From Gammaproteobacteria bacterium (lineage in GTDB: Bacteria > Pseudomonadota > Gammaproteobacteria > Francisellales > CACEW01): a stretch of 64,000 nt of DNA. The position numbers and the translations under genes were made by a program. Below are positions 40,657 through 49,851 of the stretch, piece by piece. The stretch lies in assembly GCA_020050355.1 (NCBI GenBank), contig JAGVKT010000036.1, positions 130,669 to 194,668 on the forward strand, written 5' to 3'. How positions within the stretch are numbered: position 1 is the stretch's first letter; every line of letters begins with the position of its first letter. Below the pieces are notes generated by a model, which saw nothing but the letters and a program-made list of their open reading frames with translations, did no database searches and had not been told where the DNA came from.

Positions 40657-41706
40657 CTATAAATAAGATTTAATTTTAATATCAGTACCAAGAGTTTTGC
40701 TATTTAAAGGTTTTAATGAAATTTTTTGAGGTAAATTTCCAATGAACCAAGGCGTGAGATAGCAGGTAATTTCTTGTACTACTTTAAGGCTAAAGAATTC
40801 TTGTAATGTAGCTCTACCTCCTTCTACTAACAAACTTATAATTTCACGTTGACCTAATAAATTCAACAACGCTATGAGATCAATTTTGTTATTGTGCAAG
40901 GGTAGAGGAATAATTTCTGTGGTTGTAGTGCTAAATTTTTTTTGAGCGCTTTTAAAAAATTCTTCAGCACATACTAGCCACGTTTTATCGGGCAATGCGC
41001 CATTGAAAAGTTTGAGTGTTGCATCTAAATCAGCTTGCGTGTTTAAAACGATGCGTTGCGGTTGACGAGCGATAGGGGCGATGTAACGTACAGTCAATGA
41101 TGGATTATCAAGGCGTGCAGTATGGCTTCCGATTAAAATTGCTTGTGAGGTTTGTCTCAATTCATGCGCATCTTGTTGACTTAAGGAGTTTGAGAGTTGC
41201 CGTTCATTTGTGTCAGGTGTTGCTATTTGTCCATCTAAAGACATCGCCCATTTTGCGATCACATAAGGTTTGCGTGTAGTAATGAAATGAAAAAATGCAC
41301 GATTTAAATGTAGTGCTTCTTCAGCTAATATGCCCAGTGTTACTTCAATGTTCGCAGCTTGTAATGTGGCAATTCCTTGACCTGAAACTAAAGGATTGGG
41401 ATCTTCTATTGCAATGATTACCTTTTTAATGCCTGCTTTTATGATGGCGTCTACGCAAGGAGGGGTGCGGCCATGATGACAGCATGGTTCTAAGTTGGTA
41501 TAAAGGCTAGCACCATGGGCTTGAGTACCTGCTGCTGTTAATGCATGGATTTCTGCATGAGGCTCACCTGAGCACTCATGAAAGCCTTGTCCTACGATCA
41601 TATTATCTTTTACTATTACGCATCCGACCATAGGATTAGGCAGGCTGAGATAACGCCCTTGGTATGCTAATTCTAAACATAAGCGCATATAGCCAATATC
41701 AGACAT
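40657..41706 (-). CDS. ribD: Bifunctional diaminohydroxyphosphoribosylaminopyrimidine deaminase / 5-amino-6-(5-phosphoribosylamino)uracil reductase
   Basis: 349 aa. Deaminase motif HAEIHAL ... PCCHHGRTPPC, then a reductase domain. Confidence 0.92.
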   Translation of the reverse strand: MSDIGYMRLCLELAYQGRYLSLPNPMVGCVIVKDNMIVGQGFHECSGEPHAEIHALTAAGTQAHGASLYTNLEPCCHHGRTPPCVDAIIKAGIKKVIIAIEDPNPLVSGQGIATLQAANIEVTLGILAEEALHLNRAFFHFITTRKPYVIAKWAMSLDGQIATPDTNERQLSNSLSQQDAHELRQTSQAILIGSHTARLDNPSLTVRYIAPIARQPQRIVLNTQADLDATLKLFNGALPDKTWLVCAEEFFKSAQKKFSTTTTEIIPLPLHNNKIDLIALLNLLGQREIISLLVEGGRATLQEFFSLKVVQEITCYLTPWFIGNLPQKISLKPLNSKTLGTDIKIKSYL

Positions 41707-42313
41707 GATGCAACTTCCTATAATTAACTAAGTCACGAATGGTTCCAATTTTTAATTGATGTTTTTTAGCAATTTTTACTAAGTCATCACGACGAGCCAT
41801 GGTGCCATCAGCATTAAGAATTTCAATTAGTACTGCGACTGGATAAAAGCCTGCAAGCCTCACAAAGTCAACAGCTGCTTCTGTGTGTCCTGGACGAGTT
41901 AAAACGCCACCTTCCTTAGCTACAATAGGAAATATATGCCCTGGAGAAACAATATCATTAACGGTTGCCTCTGCCTTTGAAGCAGTTAAAATCGTATGCG
42001 CGCGCTCAAAAGCTGAAATTCCGGTAGTTACACCATGACTGGCTTCGATAGACCAAGAAAAATTACACGGAAAAGCGCGTTCACCACGTACTGGCATTAA
42101 AGGAAGTTCTAAACGTTTTGCGTGTGCAGGTGTTATCGGCATGCATAATAAACCACGACCGTGTTGTAAAACAAAATTAATTTTTTGTGGTGTTACTTTT
42201 TCCGCTGCCATAAAGAAATCACCTTCATTTTCGCGATTTTCATCATCCATTACGATAATAATTTCACCGGCTTTGATTGCGGCGATTAGTTCTTCTGTAG
42301 TATTACTTTGCAT
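41699..42313 (-). CDS. ribB: 3,4-dihydroxy-2-butanone-4-phosphate synthase (monofunctional, no GTP cyclohydrolase II domain)
   Basis: 204 aa. Contains [11 protein letters not shown], and HTEAAVD. Confidence 0.9.
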   Translation of the reverse strand: MQSNTTEELIAAIKAGEIIIVMDDENRENEGDFFMAAEKVTPQKINFVLQHGRGLLCMPITPAHAKRLELPLMPVRGERAFPCNFSWSIEASHGVTTGISAFERAHTILTASKAEATVNDIVSPGHIFPIVAKEGGVLTRPGHTEAAVDFVRLAGFYPVAVLIEILNADGTMARRDDLVKIAKKHQLKIGTIRDLVNYRKLHHV

Positions 42314-43271
42314 GAACTTTCCTTTTCATAAATAAACTTGCTACTATTGAAATAGCCAAGATGCTCACAATTATTGTCAGTGAAAGAAGAGGGGAGACAT
42401 GCCACCAAGGCTCAATCAGCAGCTTAACACCAATTAAAGTTAAAATAAGTGCAAGACCATAGTGCAAGCCTTGAAAACGCTCTAAAAAATCTCTTAGAAG
42501 AAAATATAAAGCACGTAGCCCCATTACTGCAAACATATTAGAACTGAAAACAAGAAAAGGATCAGTGGTAATTGCTAAGATCGCTGGAATGCTATCTGTA
42601 GCAAAGATAATGTCGGCAAGCTCTATTAAAATAACAACTATAAATAATGGTGTTACATACCATAATAATTTTTTTTTCACGAAAAAAAGATCACCACAAA
42701 AATTTGGAGTTACACGTAAATGTTTACTCAGAAATTTGACCACTGGATGTTCGATGACGCTGGGGGTTTTTTCATGCCCATGGTGAGTCCAGAACATCTT
42801 AATTCCAGTTATTAATAAAAATACTCCAAATAGATAGAGCAGCCAGGAAAATTTTTGTACTAAATGACTTCCTAAGACGATAATAAATGCTCGGAGAAAA
42901 ACTGCTCCTAAAACCCCGTAAGTCAGTACGCGTCGTTGATAACCTAGAGGCACTTTAAAATGCTGAAAAATTAACAAGAAGACAAAAATATTATCTAGTG
43001 CTAAAGACTTTTCAATTAAATAACCCGAAAGAAAATTTGCCACAACTATATTTGCTAATCGAAGATCAAACTTATATTTGGTGTAAAGCCATAATAATAA
43101 AGCAAAAATAAAAGCTAAAACGATCCAGGCTAAAGACCAGGTTAAAGCCTCTTTAGCGGGCATCCTCATGCCACGATTAGCACCTAGTACAAATAAATCA
43201 AAGGCGATCATCGCGAGTATAAAAATTAAAAAACCTAGCCACATCCACCAGGCATCAATAATTGGGATCAC
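42303..43271 (-). CDS. TerC-family integral membrane protein
   Basis: 322 aa with about 9 TM segments. SLALDNIFVF and the second DSIPAI motif are typical of TerC/Alx. GTG start with AAAGGA upstream. Overlaps the ribB start by 11 nt. Confidence 0.85.
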   Translation of the reverse strand: MIPIIDAWWMWLGFLIFILAMIAFDLFVLGANRGMRMPAKEALTWSLAWIVLAFIFALLLWLYTKYKFDLRLANIVVANFLSGYLIEKSLALDNIFVFLLIFQHFKVPLGYQRRVLTYGVLGAVFLRAFIIVLGSHLVQKFSWLLYLFGVFLLITGIKMFWTHHGHEKTPSVIEHPVVKFLSKHLRVTPNFCGDLFFVKKKLLWYVTPLFIVVILIELADIIFATDSIPAILAITTDPFLVFSSNMFAVMGLRALYFLLRDFLERFQGLHYGLALILTLIGVKLLIEPWWHVSPLLSLTIIVSILAISIVASLFMKRKVHAK

Positions 43272-43435
43272 AACCCATCCTTTCTTTAAAATTCCAGATA
43301 GTTTAGCAGTCTTAGCCAGATTTTGCCTAGTACCCTATAATTATGCTTATTTAAGGAAATCATTTGTCTCCTACTTGCGTGATTGGCAAAGGCCAATTAT
43401 GATAAAAAATTCTTAATATTCGAGCGATCTTGTTT

Positions 43436-43525
43436 ATGGATTTTTTGTATGTTTTAGGCGCGTTTATTTCTGTAACTTTGTTAGGTTATCTTCTTTTCGT
43501 TCTCATTAAACCGGAAAAATTTTAA
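43436..43525 (+). CDS. KdpF-like 29-aa hydrophobic peptide (below the track's length cut-off)
   Basis: MDFLYVLGAFISVTLLGYLLFVLIKPEKF has the same length as E. coli KdpF (MSAGVITGVLLVFLLLGYLVYALINAEAF) and the same C-terminal pattern (LLGYL..x.LI...F). Its stop lies 11 nt before the sugar-porter ATG. No obvious SD. Confidence 0.55.
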   Translation: MDFLYVLGAFISVTLLGYLLFVLIKPEKF

Positions 43526-43536
43526 GGAACATCATT

Positions 43537-44907
43537 ATGGCTTATGCTAAAGAAAAAGGATTTGTTTATATTGTTGGTATTACTGCTGCGCTTGCAGGAT
43601 TGCTTTTTGGCTTAGATACCGGAATCATTTCAGGGGCTTTGCCATTTATTAAATTGACTTTTAATCTTACGGTGGATGAAAGTGAGGCAATCGTCACTGC
43701 AGCGTTGATTGGTGCGATATTGGGAACTATTTTAAGTGGTTTTATTACTCGTAGATTTGGGCGGCATTTTGCCATTTGGATGAGTGCTTTTATATTTTGT
43801 ATTGGTGCTTTATTGTGTGCTTTATCTGTTAATTTACCCATGTTAGTTATTTCAAGAGTTATTTTGGGTATTGCAATAGGGCTTACTTCTTTTACTGCAC
43901 CATTATATTTATCAGAAATATCTCCTAAACACTTGCGTGGTGGAATGATTGCTACTTTTCAGCTGATGATTACGGTAGGGATCTTAGTTTCTTATGTTGC
44001 GGATACTTTGCTGACGCCATCAGGCTCCTGGCGGTGGATGTTTGGAGTTACTTTTTTTCCTGCTTTTGTATTGTTTTTAGCAGTATTGATTTTGCCTAAA
44101 TCGCCGCGTTGGTTGGTATTGGTTGGTAAAAAAGAAGAAGCGCGTATTGTCCTTGGTAAAGTGCGTAATCCTGATGAAATCAATGCCGAGCTTGCTGAGA
44201 TTGAGAGTACTATTAATAAAAATCATTCTCTCAAAGAAGTATTACAAAGTAGAACTTTTTTAAAAGTATTGTTTCTTGGAATTATCTTACAAGCAATTCA
44301 GCAGTTTTCGGGGATTAATACGGTAATTTATTATGCGCCAAGCATATTTAAACTTGCAGGTTTTGCTACGTCTATACAACAGATGTGGGCTACTGTGCTT
44401 GTAGGTACTGTCAACATGCTCACTACTATTATTGCGATTATGTATGTCGATAAATGGGGCAGAAAGCCTATTCTTTATTTTGGCTTATGTACCACTACCA
44501 TTAGTTTAGGGTTATTGGGTTATCTTTTTCACTTGGGGATTGGCTCGGTCGTGAGTCAGTATTTGGCTGTTGCTTTAGTGCTTTCATTTATTTTTGGCTT
44601 TGCAGTCAGTTTGGGTCCAATTATGTGGATTCTTTGTGCTGAGATATTTCCGCTCAAAGGACGTGATGTAGGCGTTGGTGTTACGACAGCAACGAACTGG
44701 GTTTGTAATGCCATCATTGGGGGCACCTTTTTAAGTTTAATTACGGATTTTGGCCCTGCGAGTACTTTTGGTTTATTTTCTTTAATAGGTTTACTGAGCC
44801 TGTTGTTTGTTATCGGTTTTGTTCCTGAAACCAAAGACGTTTCGCTCGAGCGCATTGAAGCCAATTTATTGGCGCATAAAAAATTGCGTGATTTGGGTGC
44901 TTATTAA
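43537..44907 (+). CDS. MFS sugar porter family transporter
   Basis: 456 aa. Sugar-transport signatures present: GRRFGRH, PKSPRWL, PETKDVSLE. Confidence 0.88.
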   Translation: MAYAKEKGFVYIVGITAALAGLLFGLDTGIISGALPFIKLTFNLTVDESEAIVTAALIGAILGTILSGFITRRFGRHFAIWMSAFIFCIGALLCALSVNLPMLVISRVILGIAIGLTSFTAPLYLSEISPKHLRGGMIATFQLMITVGILVSYVADTLLTPSGSWRWMFGVTFFPAFVLFLAVLILPKSPRWLVLVGKKEEARIVLGKVRNPDEINAELAEIESTINKNHSLKEVLQSRTFLKVLFLGIILQAIQQFSGINTVIYYAPSIFKLAGFATSIQQMWATVLVGTVNMLTTIIAIMYVDKWGRKPILYFGLCTTTISLGLLGYLFHLGIGSVVSQYLAVALVLSFIFGFAVSLGPIMWILCAEIFPLKGRDVGVGVTTATNWVCNAIIGGTFLSLITDFGPASTFGLFSLIGLLSLLFVIGFVPETKDVSLERIEANLLAHKKLRDLGAY

Positions 44908-44925
44908 CCTATTGCTTTTGATCTT

Positions 44926-47900
44926 TCAGGTTGTGGGGTGGTAAGTATACCTGAAAGGTGACACCCCACCGTCAGCGTCAGAGGCTGCTATAGAGCCTCC
45001 TCTTGTCACTGCCGCAAGGAAAGCATCAGCAAGATCTGCTCTAGGAGTTCCTCCTCCAAGCCCACTACTGACACTGCTAATAGCGGATGGTAAGTTGGGT
45101 AATAAACCACTATACATACTGCCTAAGGGACTAGAAGCTGGAATAACAGCACCGGATATAGGATTATTGCCATTAGAAACAGGTTCAAATCCTCTTGGTG
45201 TACTGCCAGTAGTGTGAACTTGAACTGTTTCAAAATCATCCTCTGCTGCACCATAAGCATCATTTCTTATTAGTGAATCGCTAGCGTCAACCATACCTAT
45301 TAAAGGATTTGTTCTTTGAAAAAAACCAGCTTGTATGAAAATATATAAGCTTACACCTAAAGCGGCCACTGCTGTGCTTCCAAAGGTTAACATTAATATT
45401 AAGAATGGTAATACAATATTTGCATATGTATTTCTTTCTGCCGAACCTGGAGTAGCTGCATCCAATCTAGTTTTATAAATACTAAAGGCTGTTGTTGCAC
45501 CTCCGGTGAGCAAGCATAGTATAGTATTTAAAGAGAAAAAATATTTACCGTAAGGTGAATTGTATCTCATTGCTATTGCAAGAGATTCTTTTAGGATAAA
45601 AAAACTTCTGTTACGATAGAGTGTGCTTACTACTGCAGCAATGCCTAGCAAGCCACAAACCACATAAAAAGCCACTATAAGACCATATTTAAATGGTGGA
45701 TCGCCTGGCTCAGTAATTACAAAATAAGGGACATAACCCAAACCTGCTAAAATGGCTAGAATCAATATTGATAAAAAAACAGATTGCGTTCTCTCTTGGC
45801 AACGTTCTTTAGCACTATAATATCTACGTAAGCGATTCCAAGCAGCGGCTTCGTATATGCGTGCATAATGGCGATAGGTATTTCTATCTAAGGCGGGCCC
45901 ACTACCAATAAGATATTCATCCCAAAATTTATTAGCATCGGCATTATGTCTTGCAAGGTAAGCACATAAGACGAATGCTTGTTGTTTAGGAGTAAGCAAT
46001 GATGCCAAATGGGGAGTTATAGCTTCTGCCAAATGATCAACCAACTGTCCCTGTGCACCACAAAAAGGTAGGTCTGATATTGTTCTTGCTTTGGGTTTGT
46101 AGTTTTCATAAAGCACTTTTCTTATTGAGCTTGGAAGTCCTAAAATATTTGGAATTTTTGGTTCGAGTGTGCGTGTAATAACGTATCTACCTGCGCTTTC
46201 TTCCATATTGAATAATCTCATCAATAGGCCAATTTTTTCAGCAGATGCTAAAGATGTTCCTGTAGTTTTCTTATAACTTTCTTCAGCATTTTTTCTGTGT
46301 TCTTGCGTTGAAATTAAAGGCAAATCCAAAAGTATTTCTAAGATTTTTGATAAGCAAACCATTAATCTCGGATTTGCCAACAAACATGTTATGCTATCGT
46401 CAGAGCTTTGCGCTGGAAGCGCCGTTTCAATCGGTGAAAACGGAGACCACTTTCCATCAAGTAAAATCTTTAAATAAGTTTTTCTGAGGTTTTTTCGTTC
46501 TGTTGAAAAAATATTCTCTGGAAATAAAAAATGACTTACTACAAAAAATTTTAAACGAGCTAAAATATTTTCTTTGGTTTTTTTATTTAAAATATAGATG
46601 GTGTTTTGTTCTGGTAATAAATAAGTTTTAAGCAGCGTAGATAAAGGCCACAAAATCGTGGATTTAAAAACTTCATTTTGAACAAGATTCAAAAAATTTA
46701 CTAAAATAAAAAACAATCTTGGATAATAAGGGTCATCTTCTAATTTTTCTGAAGAAAACAATGGAGAAGTGTGATCTTCAGTAGGAAATGATCTGAAAAT
46801 ATTTCCATCCTCAAAATGTGCTGCTGCGTTTCCGCCTTCTATTAATATTTGTGTGAGGATGCTTGTACGATAATCCTCAGAGGTATTGATAATAAAAGCA
46901 CAAAAATTTTTAAATTTATCTGCTGTAATGAATTTCATCATATTTGAGATGGATGGTAATGGTGGAATAGATAAAATGCTATTAACAGGTGGAACGGAGC
47001 GTACTCGGCTCGCCCCTGCGCCAGCTCCAGCTCCAGCAAACACTGGAGAAAATGTGCTACTGGCTTCTCGATAAGGAAGTAACAAGCGTACATCTATTCG
47101 CAGCTCATTGGCAGGATTTGTGTCTGTGCCTGGCAGAGGAGAGGCAGTTATTCTATCGCCCATGGTTTTTTGCGCTAATTCTAAAAATGCACCTAAAGAT
47201 GTTTTTTCAGAGGCTTGTGAATACCATTCTTCTGGAGCTTCTAAATATGGGTTTATGCCGTCAATAATTGTTGATGAACTTTGTAGATGTATAAGCGCGG
47301 CCTCTAAAGCAATTAAACTACAAGGGCCATCGATGTGAATATAATTTTTTAAAAATGTGCTAACATTTTTTTGGGTTCTTGGTGTATACCAACCTAATAA
47401 CTTACCTAATATAGATGCGGTTCGTTTATCGGTAAAATTTGGAAGGGCGCTATTTATTAAAAGGTCATCAGTTTCAGTTGAGTGATCATCGGTTGGCGGA
47501 GAAATAGAGCAAAGTAGCAAGGCTTCAAATAATCTCGCTACAAATAAAGAATGAGGGGCTGAAATTCTTTCAAAGCTGGGGATCCAGTAAGCATGAGCTT
47601 TTGTTAGAAAGGCTTCAATTTTTAGCTGTCTGTCAGTGAGTCCTTCATCTAATAAAAAAGTATATTTGTGTACTTGATCGTCATAGTACGCACCGGAAGC
47701 GAGAAAGAGAGCATCAATAAAGTTCACTGCTGCAACATAATCAAAATCCTGCCCTGTTTTAGCGCAAATTTTATTTATTAACACAGCAACTCTTCTAGAA
47801 AAAGCTTCTGTAACAGATGCTGTATTCAATTTCCAAAAAATAAATAAACATGAAAGGCTGGTTACGTAATTAACGAATGCTGGGAATATTTTTTTGGGCA

Positions 47901-48123
47901 AACTTTGTTTACTAGTGTCTATTGTAGTAGTAAAAAAACTCAACCATTCATCAGTTATAGCTGCTGTAGGACTTATAAATGTAAATTTTTTCTCGATTTC
48001 TAGCCATAAGCGTCGTAAAGAAGTTTCATCAAGCTCTAAACTACTTTGCAAACTAAGGTAGGCTCTAAGGGTTGTTTGTAAGTCTTGATAAGAGGTAGCA
48101 GAAAAACGTTGAACAGCAAGCAT
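44926..48123 (-). CDS. Large orphan protein (1065 aa): soluble helical N-terminal ~770 aa, a cluster of ~5 TM helices, and a Gly/Ser/Pro-rich tail
   Basis: An uninterrupted 3.2 kb ORF. TM segments include VFLSILILAILAGLGYVPYFVI, GLIVAFYVVCGLLGIAAVVSTLY and ANIVLPFLILMLTFGSTAVAALGVSLYIFI. No family was recognised. Confidence 0.7.
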   Translation of the reverse strand: MLAVQRFSATSYQDLQTTLRAYLSLQSSLELDETSLRRLWLEIEKKFTFISPTAAITDEWLSFFTTTIDTSKQSLPKKIFPAFVNYVTSLSCLFIFWKLNTASVTEAFSRRVAVLINKICAKTGQDFDYVAAVNFIDALFLASGAYYDDQVHKYTFLLDEGLTDRQLKIEAFLTKAHAYWIPSFERISAPHSLFVARLFEALLLCSISPPTDDHSTETDDLLINSALPNFTDKRTASILGKLLGWYTPRTQKNVSTFLKNYIHIDGPCSLIALEAALIHLQSSSTIIDGINPYLEAPEEWYSQASEKTSLGAFLELAQKTMGDRITASPLPGTDTNPANELRIDVRLLLPYREASSTFSPVFAGAGAGAGASRVRSVPPVNSILSIPPLPSISNMMKFITADKFKNFCAFIINTSEDYRTSILTQILIEGGNAAAHFEDGNIFRSFPTEDHTSPLFSSEKLEDDPYYPRLFFILVNFLNLVQNEVFKSTILWPLSTLLKTYLLPEQNTIYILNKKTKENILARLKFFVVSHFLFPENIFSTERKNLRKTYLKILLDGKWSPFSPIETALPAQSSDDSITCLLANPRLMVCLSKILEILLDLPLISTQEHRKNAEESYKKTTGTSLASAEKIGLLMRLFNMEESAGRYVITRTLEPKIPNILGLPSSIRKVLYENYKPKARTISDLPFCGAQGQLVDHLAEAITPHLASLLTPKQQAFVLCAYLARHNADANKFWDEYLIGSGPALDRNTYRHYARIYEAAAWNRLRRYYSAKERCQERTQSVFLSILILAILAGLGYVPYFVITEPGDPPFKYGLIVAFYVVCGLLGIAAVVSTLYRNRSFFILKESLAIAMRYNSPYGKYFFSLNTILCLLTGGATTAFSIYKTRLDAATPGSAERNTYANIVLPFLILMLTFGSTAVAALGVSLYIFIQAGFFQRTNPLIGMVDASDSLIRNDAYGAAEDDFETVQVHTTGSTPRGFEPVSNGNNPISGAVIPASSPLGSMYSGLLPNLPSAISSVSSGLGGGTPRADLADAFLAAVTRGGSIAASDADGGVSPFRYTYHPTT

Positions 48124-48226
48124 AGCAATTAATATATTAGTTAAAACGACAACAATATAGCATGATTGAAAAAAAATTATTGTTCAAACATTGATTGTAC
48201 TGTTCAAATAAGGTTCTAAAATAAAT

Positions 48227-48270
48227 CTGCCAGGCTAGCTTCTTACGAAGGCAATACCTGGCAGGTTTTT
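48227..48270 (-). terminator. Hairpin downstream of the small peptide gene, with U-tracts on both strands
   Basis: CTGCCAGG (48227-48234) pairs with CCTGGCAG (48257-48264), with an inner CTTC/GAAG stem. It is flanked by ATTTATTTT on the minus strand and GTTTTTATT on the plus strand. Confidence 0.5.
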
Positions 48271-48309
48271 ATTCCTATTTTTGTTTAGGAATTGGAGATT
48301 CTTCAGGTT

Positions 48310-48438
48310 TTAGCAGGCGCCTGGAGCACAATTAATGGCTACTGTCTGTTGTTCAGCAGGATAAGCTTGAACAATGTTAGCACTAATTGTAAACGCCAAG
48401 GCGGAGTAGACCATAAGAAGAAGTAGGAGTTTTTTCAT
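48310..48438 (-). CDS. Small secreted peptide precursor (42 aa; predicted mature 17-mer YPAEQQTVAINCAPGAC)
   Basis: Hand-translated: MKKLLLLLMVYSALAFTISANIVQA/YPAEQQTVAINCAPGAC*. A GGAGA RBS lies 6-7 nt upstream. It has a consensus-like promoter and a downstream hairpin. It is below the track's size cut-off. Confidence 0.6.
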   Translation of the reverse strand: MKKLLLLLMVYSALAFTISANIVQAYPAEQQTVAINCAPGAC

Positions 48439-48469
48439 TTTTATTCTCCACTCACCTTCCTACATTTTT

Positions 48470-48498
48470 AGTATATTCTTATGCTCTAGGAATGTCAA
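48470..48498 (-). promoter_or_regulatory. Candidate sigma70 promoter of the small peptide gene
   Basis: The minus strand reads TTGACA (48498-48493), 17 nt spacer, TATACT (48475-48470). Confidence 0.5.
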
Positions 48499-48726
48499 GA
48501 AAATGACCATAAAAAAGGCTGAACTAAGGCCTTAAAATTTGAGAATTATTAATGAGTTAAATTGAAACTAAAAGATCATGAAAAAGACCATATTTTTGTT
48601 CTTAAAATATACTGAATATACTCATGCTTCAAAACACTGGAATTTTAACAAATAGTTTTGTTGGCTAATAAATCTTCTTTGATTTGCAATAGACCAGCTA
48701 TTTCTCACCTAAATGAGTATATGAGG

Positions 48727-49569
48727 TTAAAAATGCTTAAAAAAATCAGTGCTGCTGATAATCATGATTAAGAAAATTATGATTAAAAAAGCCACATAAA
48801 GCCGCGCTTGGCGTTTATCATTCATGTGCTTTAATAATTTTTGACCGATGACAGCACCTAAAAAAGAACCTAATTGGATTAATACAAAAGCCGGGAAGTT
48901 AATGTAGCCCCATGAGTAAGGGGGCATCATAGCTTTATTCTCTAATCCATCCATGATATAGCCGATGCTGCCAATTAAAGCCAAAATGGGCATTACCGCC
49001 ACTGTAAAAGCTGTCGCATTTTTCATGGGTAATTTAAAATGTCTAAGGTAGGGCACCAATACGATATTGCCACCAATACCAATTAAAATACTTAAATTAC
49101 CTACAAAAAATCCCATGCATCCTTTATTCCACCATGAAGGTTCTTTAAAGTCATGTAATTGATAGGGAGTGTCAAAATCTTTTTTGATCAGTGCATAGAT
49201 AATGATCAAGGCTAAGAAAAAAACAAATAAGTCATTTAAGATCACGCCGGATAAACGATGAGCAAGGAGCACCCCAGAAAAGCCGCCTATCACTACAAAA
49301 GGTATGAATTTACCGACCAGCGCCCATAATACTTTTCCAGCTTTATTTTGCTTATAAAGTACGTTTAAGGTGCTGGTCATAATGGTGATTAAAGAAGTTG
49401 CTATGGCTATTTTCATTGCTAGATCTTGGTTATAACCCTGATGCAAAAAAAATATAAAAACGAAAGGTACAATAATTAACCCTCCACCAATTCCAAAGAG
49501 CATGGAGAGCATGCCAACAAAAATTCCAATACAAAAAAAATAAGGGGTGATAAAAAATAAGGAAGTCAT
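48727..49569 (-). CDS. TauE/SafE-family anion exporter (DUF81)
   Basis: 280 aa with 8 TM segments and the repeated GIGGG motif (FGIGGGLIIVP / IGIGGNIVLVP). Confidence 0.85.
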   Translation of the reverse strand: MTSLFFITPYFFCIGIFVGMLSMLFGIGGGLIIVPFVFIFFLHQGYNQDLAMKIAIATSLITIMTSTLNVLYKQNKAGKVLWALVGKFIPFVVIGGFSGVLLAHRLSGVILNDLFVFFLALIIIYALIKKDFDTPYQLHDFKEPSWWNKGCMGFFVGNLSILIGIGGNIVLVPYLRHFKLPMKNATAFTVAVMPILALIGSIGYIMDGLENKAMMPPYSWGYINFPAFVLIQLGSFLGAVIGQKLLKHMNDKRQARLYVAFLIIIFLIMIISSTDFFKHF

Positions 49570-49629
49570 ATTGGTTGCTGAGTGTTGTTAGTTAGCAATC
49601 AATAATAGGGAAAGCGTGCAGTTTTGTCA

Positions 49630-49851
49630 TTAAGAAAATAGGTGAGGGTGATTTTTACGAATAACGTTTGCTAAGTCTATATCGATCATACCGATTTTTT
49701 CCATGTGATCAATATAAGATTTTACTTCATTATTAGCGATAATTTCTAATTCATTTTCGTAACGCACCAACATCGATCCTGTTGGATCTTCATTGGGAGC
49801 CACAATTTCACGAATTGGTTTTGAATGATCATGGGATTGATATATTTTCAT
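49630..49851 (-). CDS. Hypothetical small protein (73 aa)
   Basis: ORF only. It is acidic and soluble, and no motif was recognised. Confidence 0.35.
   Translation of the reverse strand: MKIYQSHDHSKPIREIVAPNEDPTGSMLVRYENELEIIANNEVKSYIDHMEKIGMIDIDLANVIRKNHPHLFS

Noticed and set aside
43409-43420. CTTAATATT, resembling a PmrA-type half-site known from Legionella/Coxiella effector promoters.
   Set aside because: Only a single half-site is present, there is no tandem partner at 11-bp spacing, and it sits too close to the micro-ORF ATG. The orphan-gene promoters in the window do not carry the tandem motif either.
43272-43435. Possible yybP-ykoY (Mn2+) or FMN riboswitch in the terC-rib operon leader.
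   Set aside because: Only short fragments (AGTAG, GAGAC) occur, and they are adjacent rather than in separate loops. None of the long conserved RFN blocks (GGGGCAGGGTGAAATTCCC, CCGACAGT, AGTCTGGATG) is present. A perfect ATTGGC-N4-GCCAAT palindrome at 43382-43397 was noted, but on its own it is uninterpretable.
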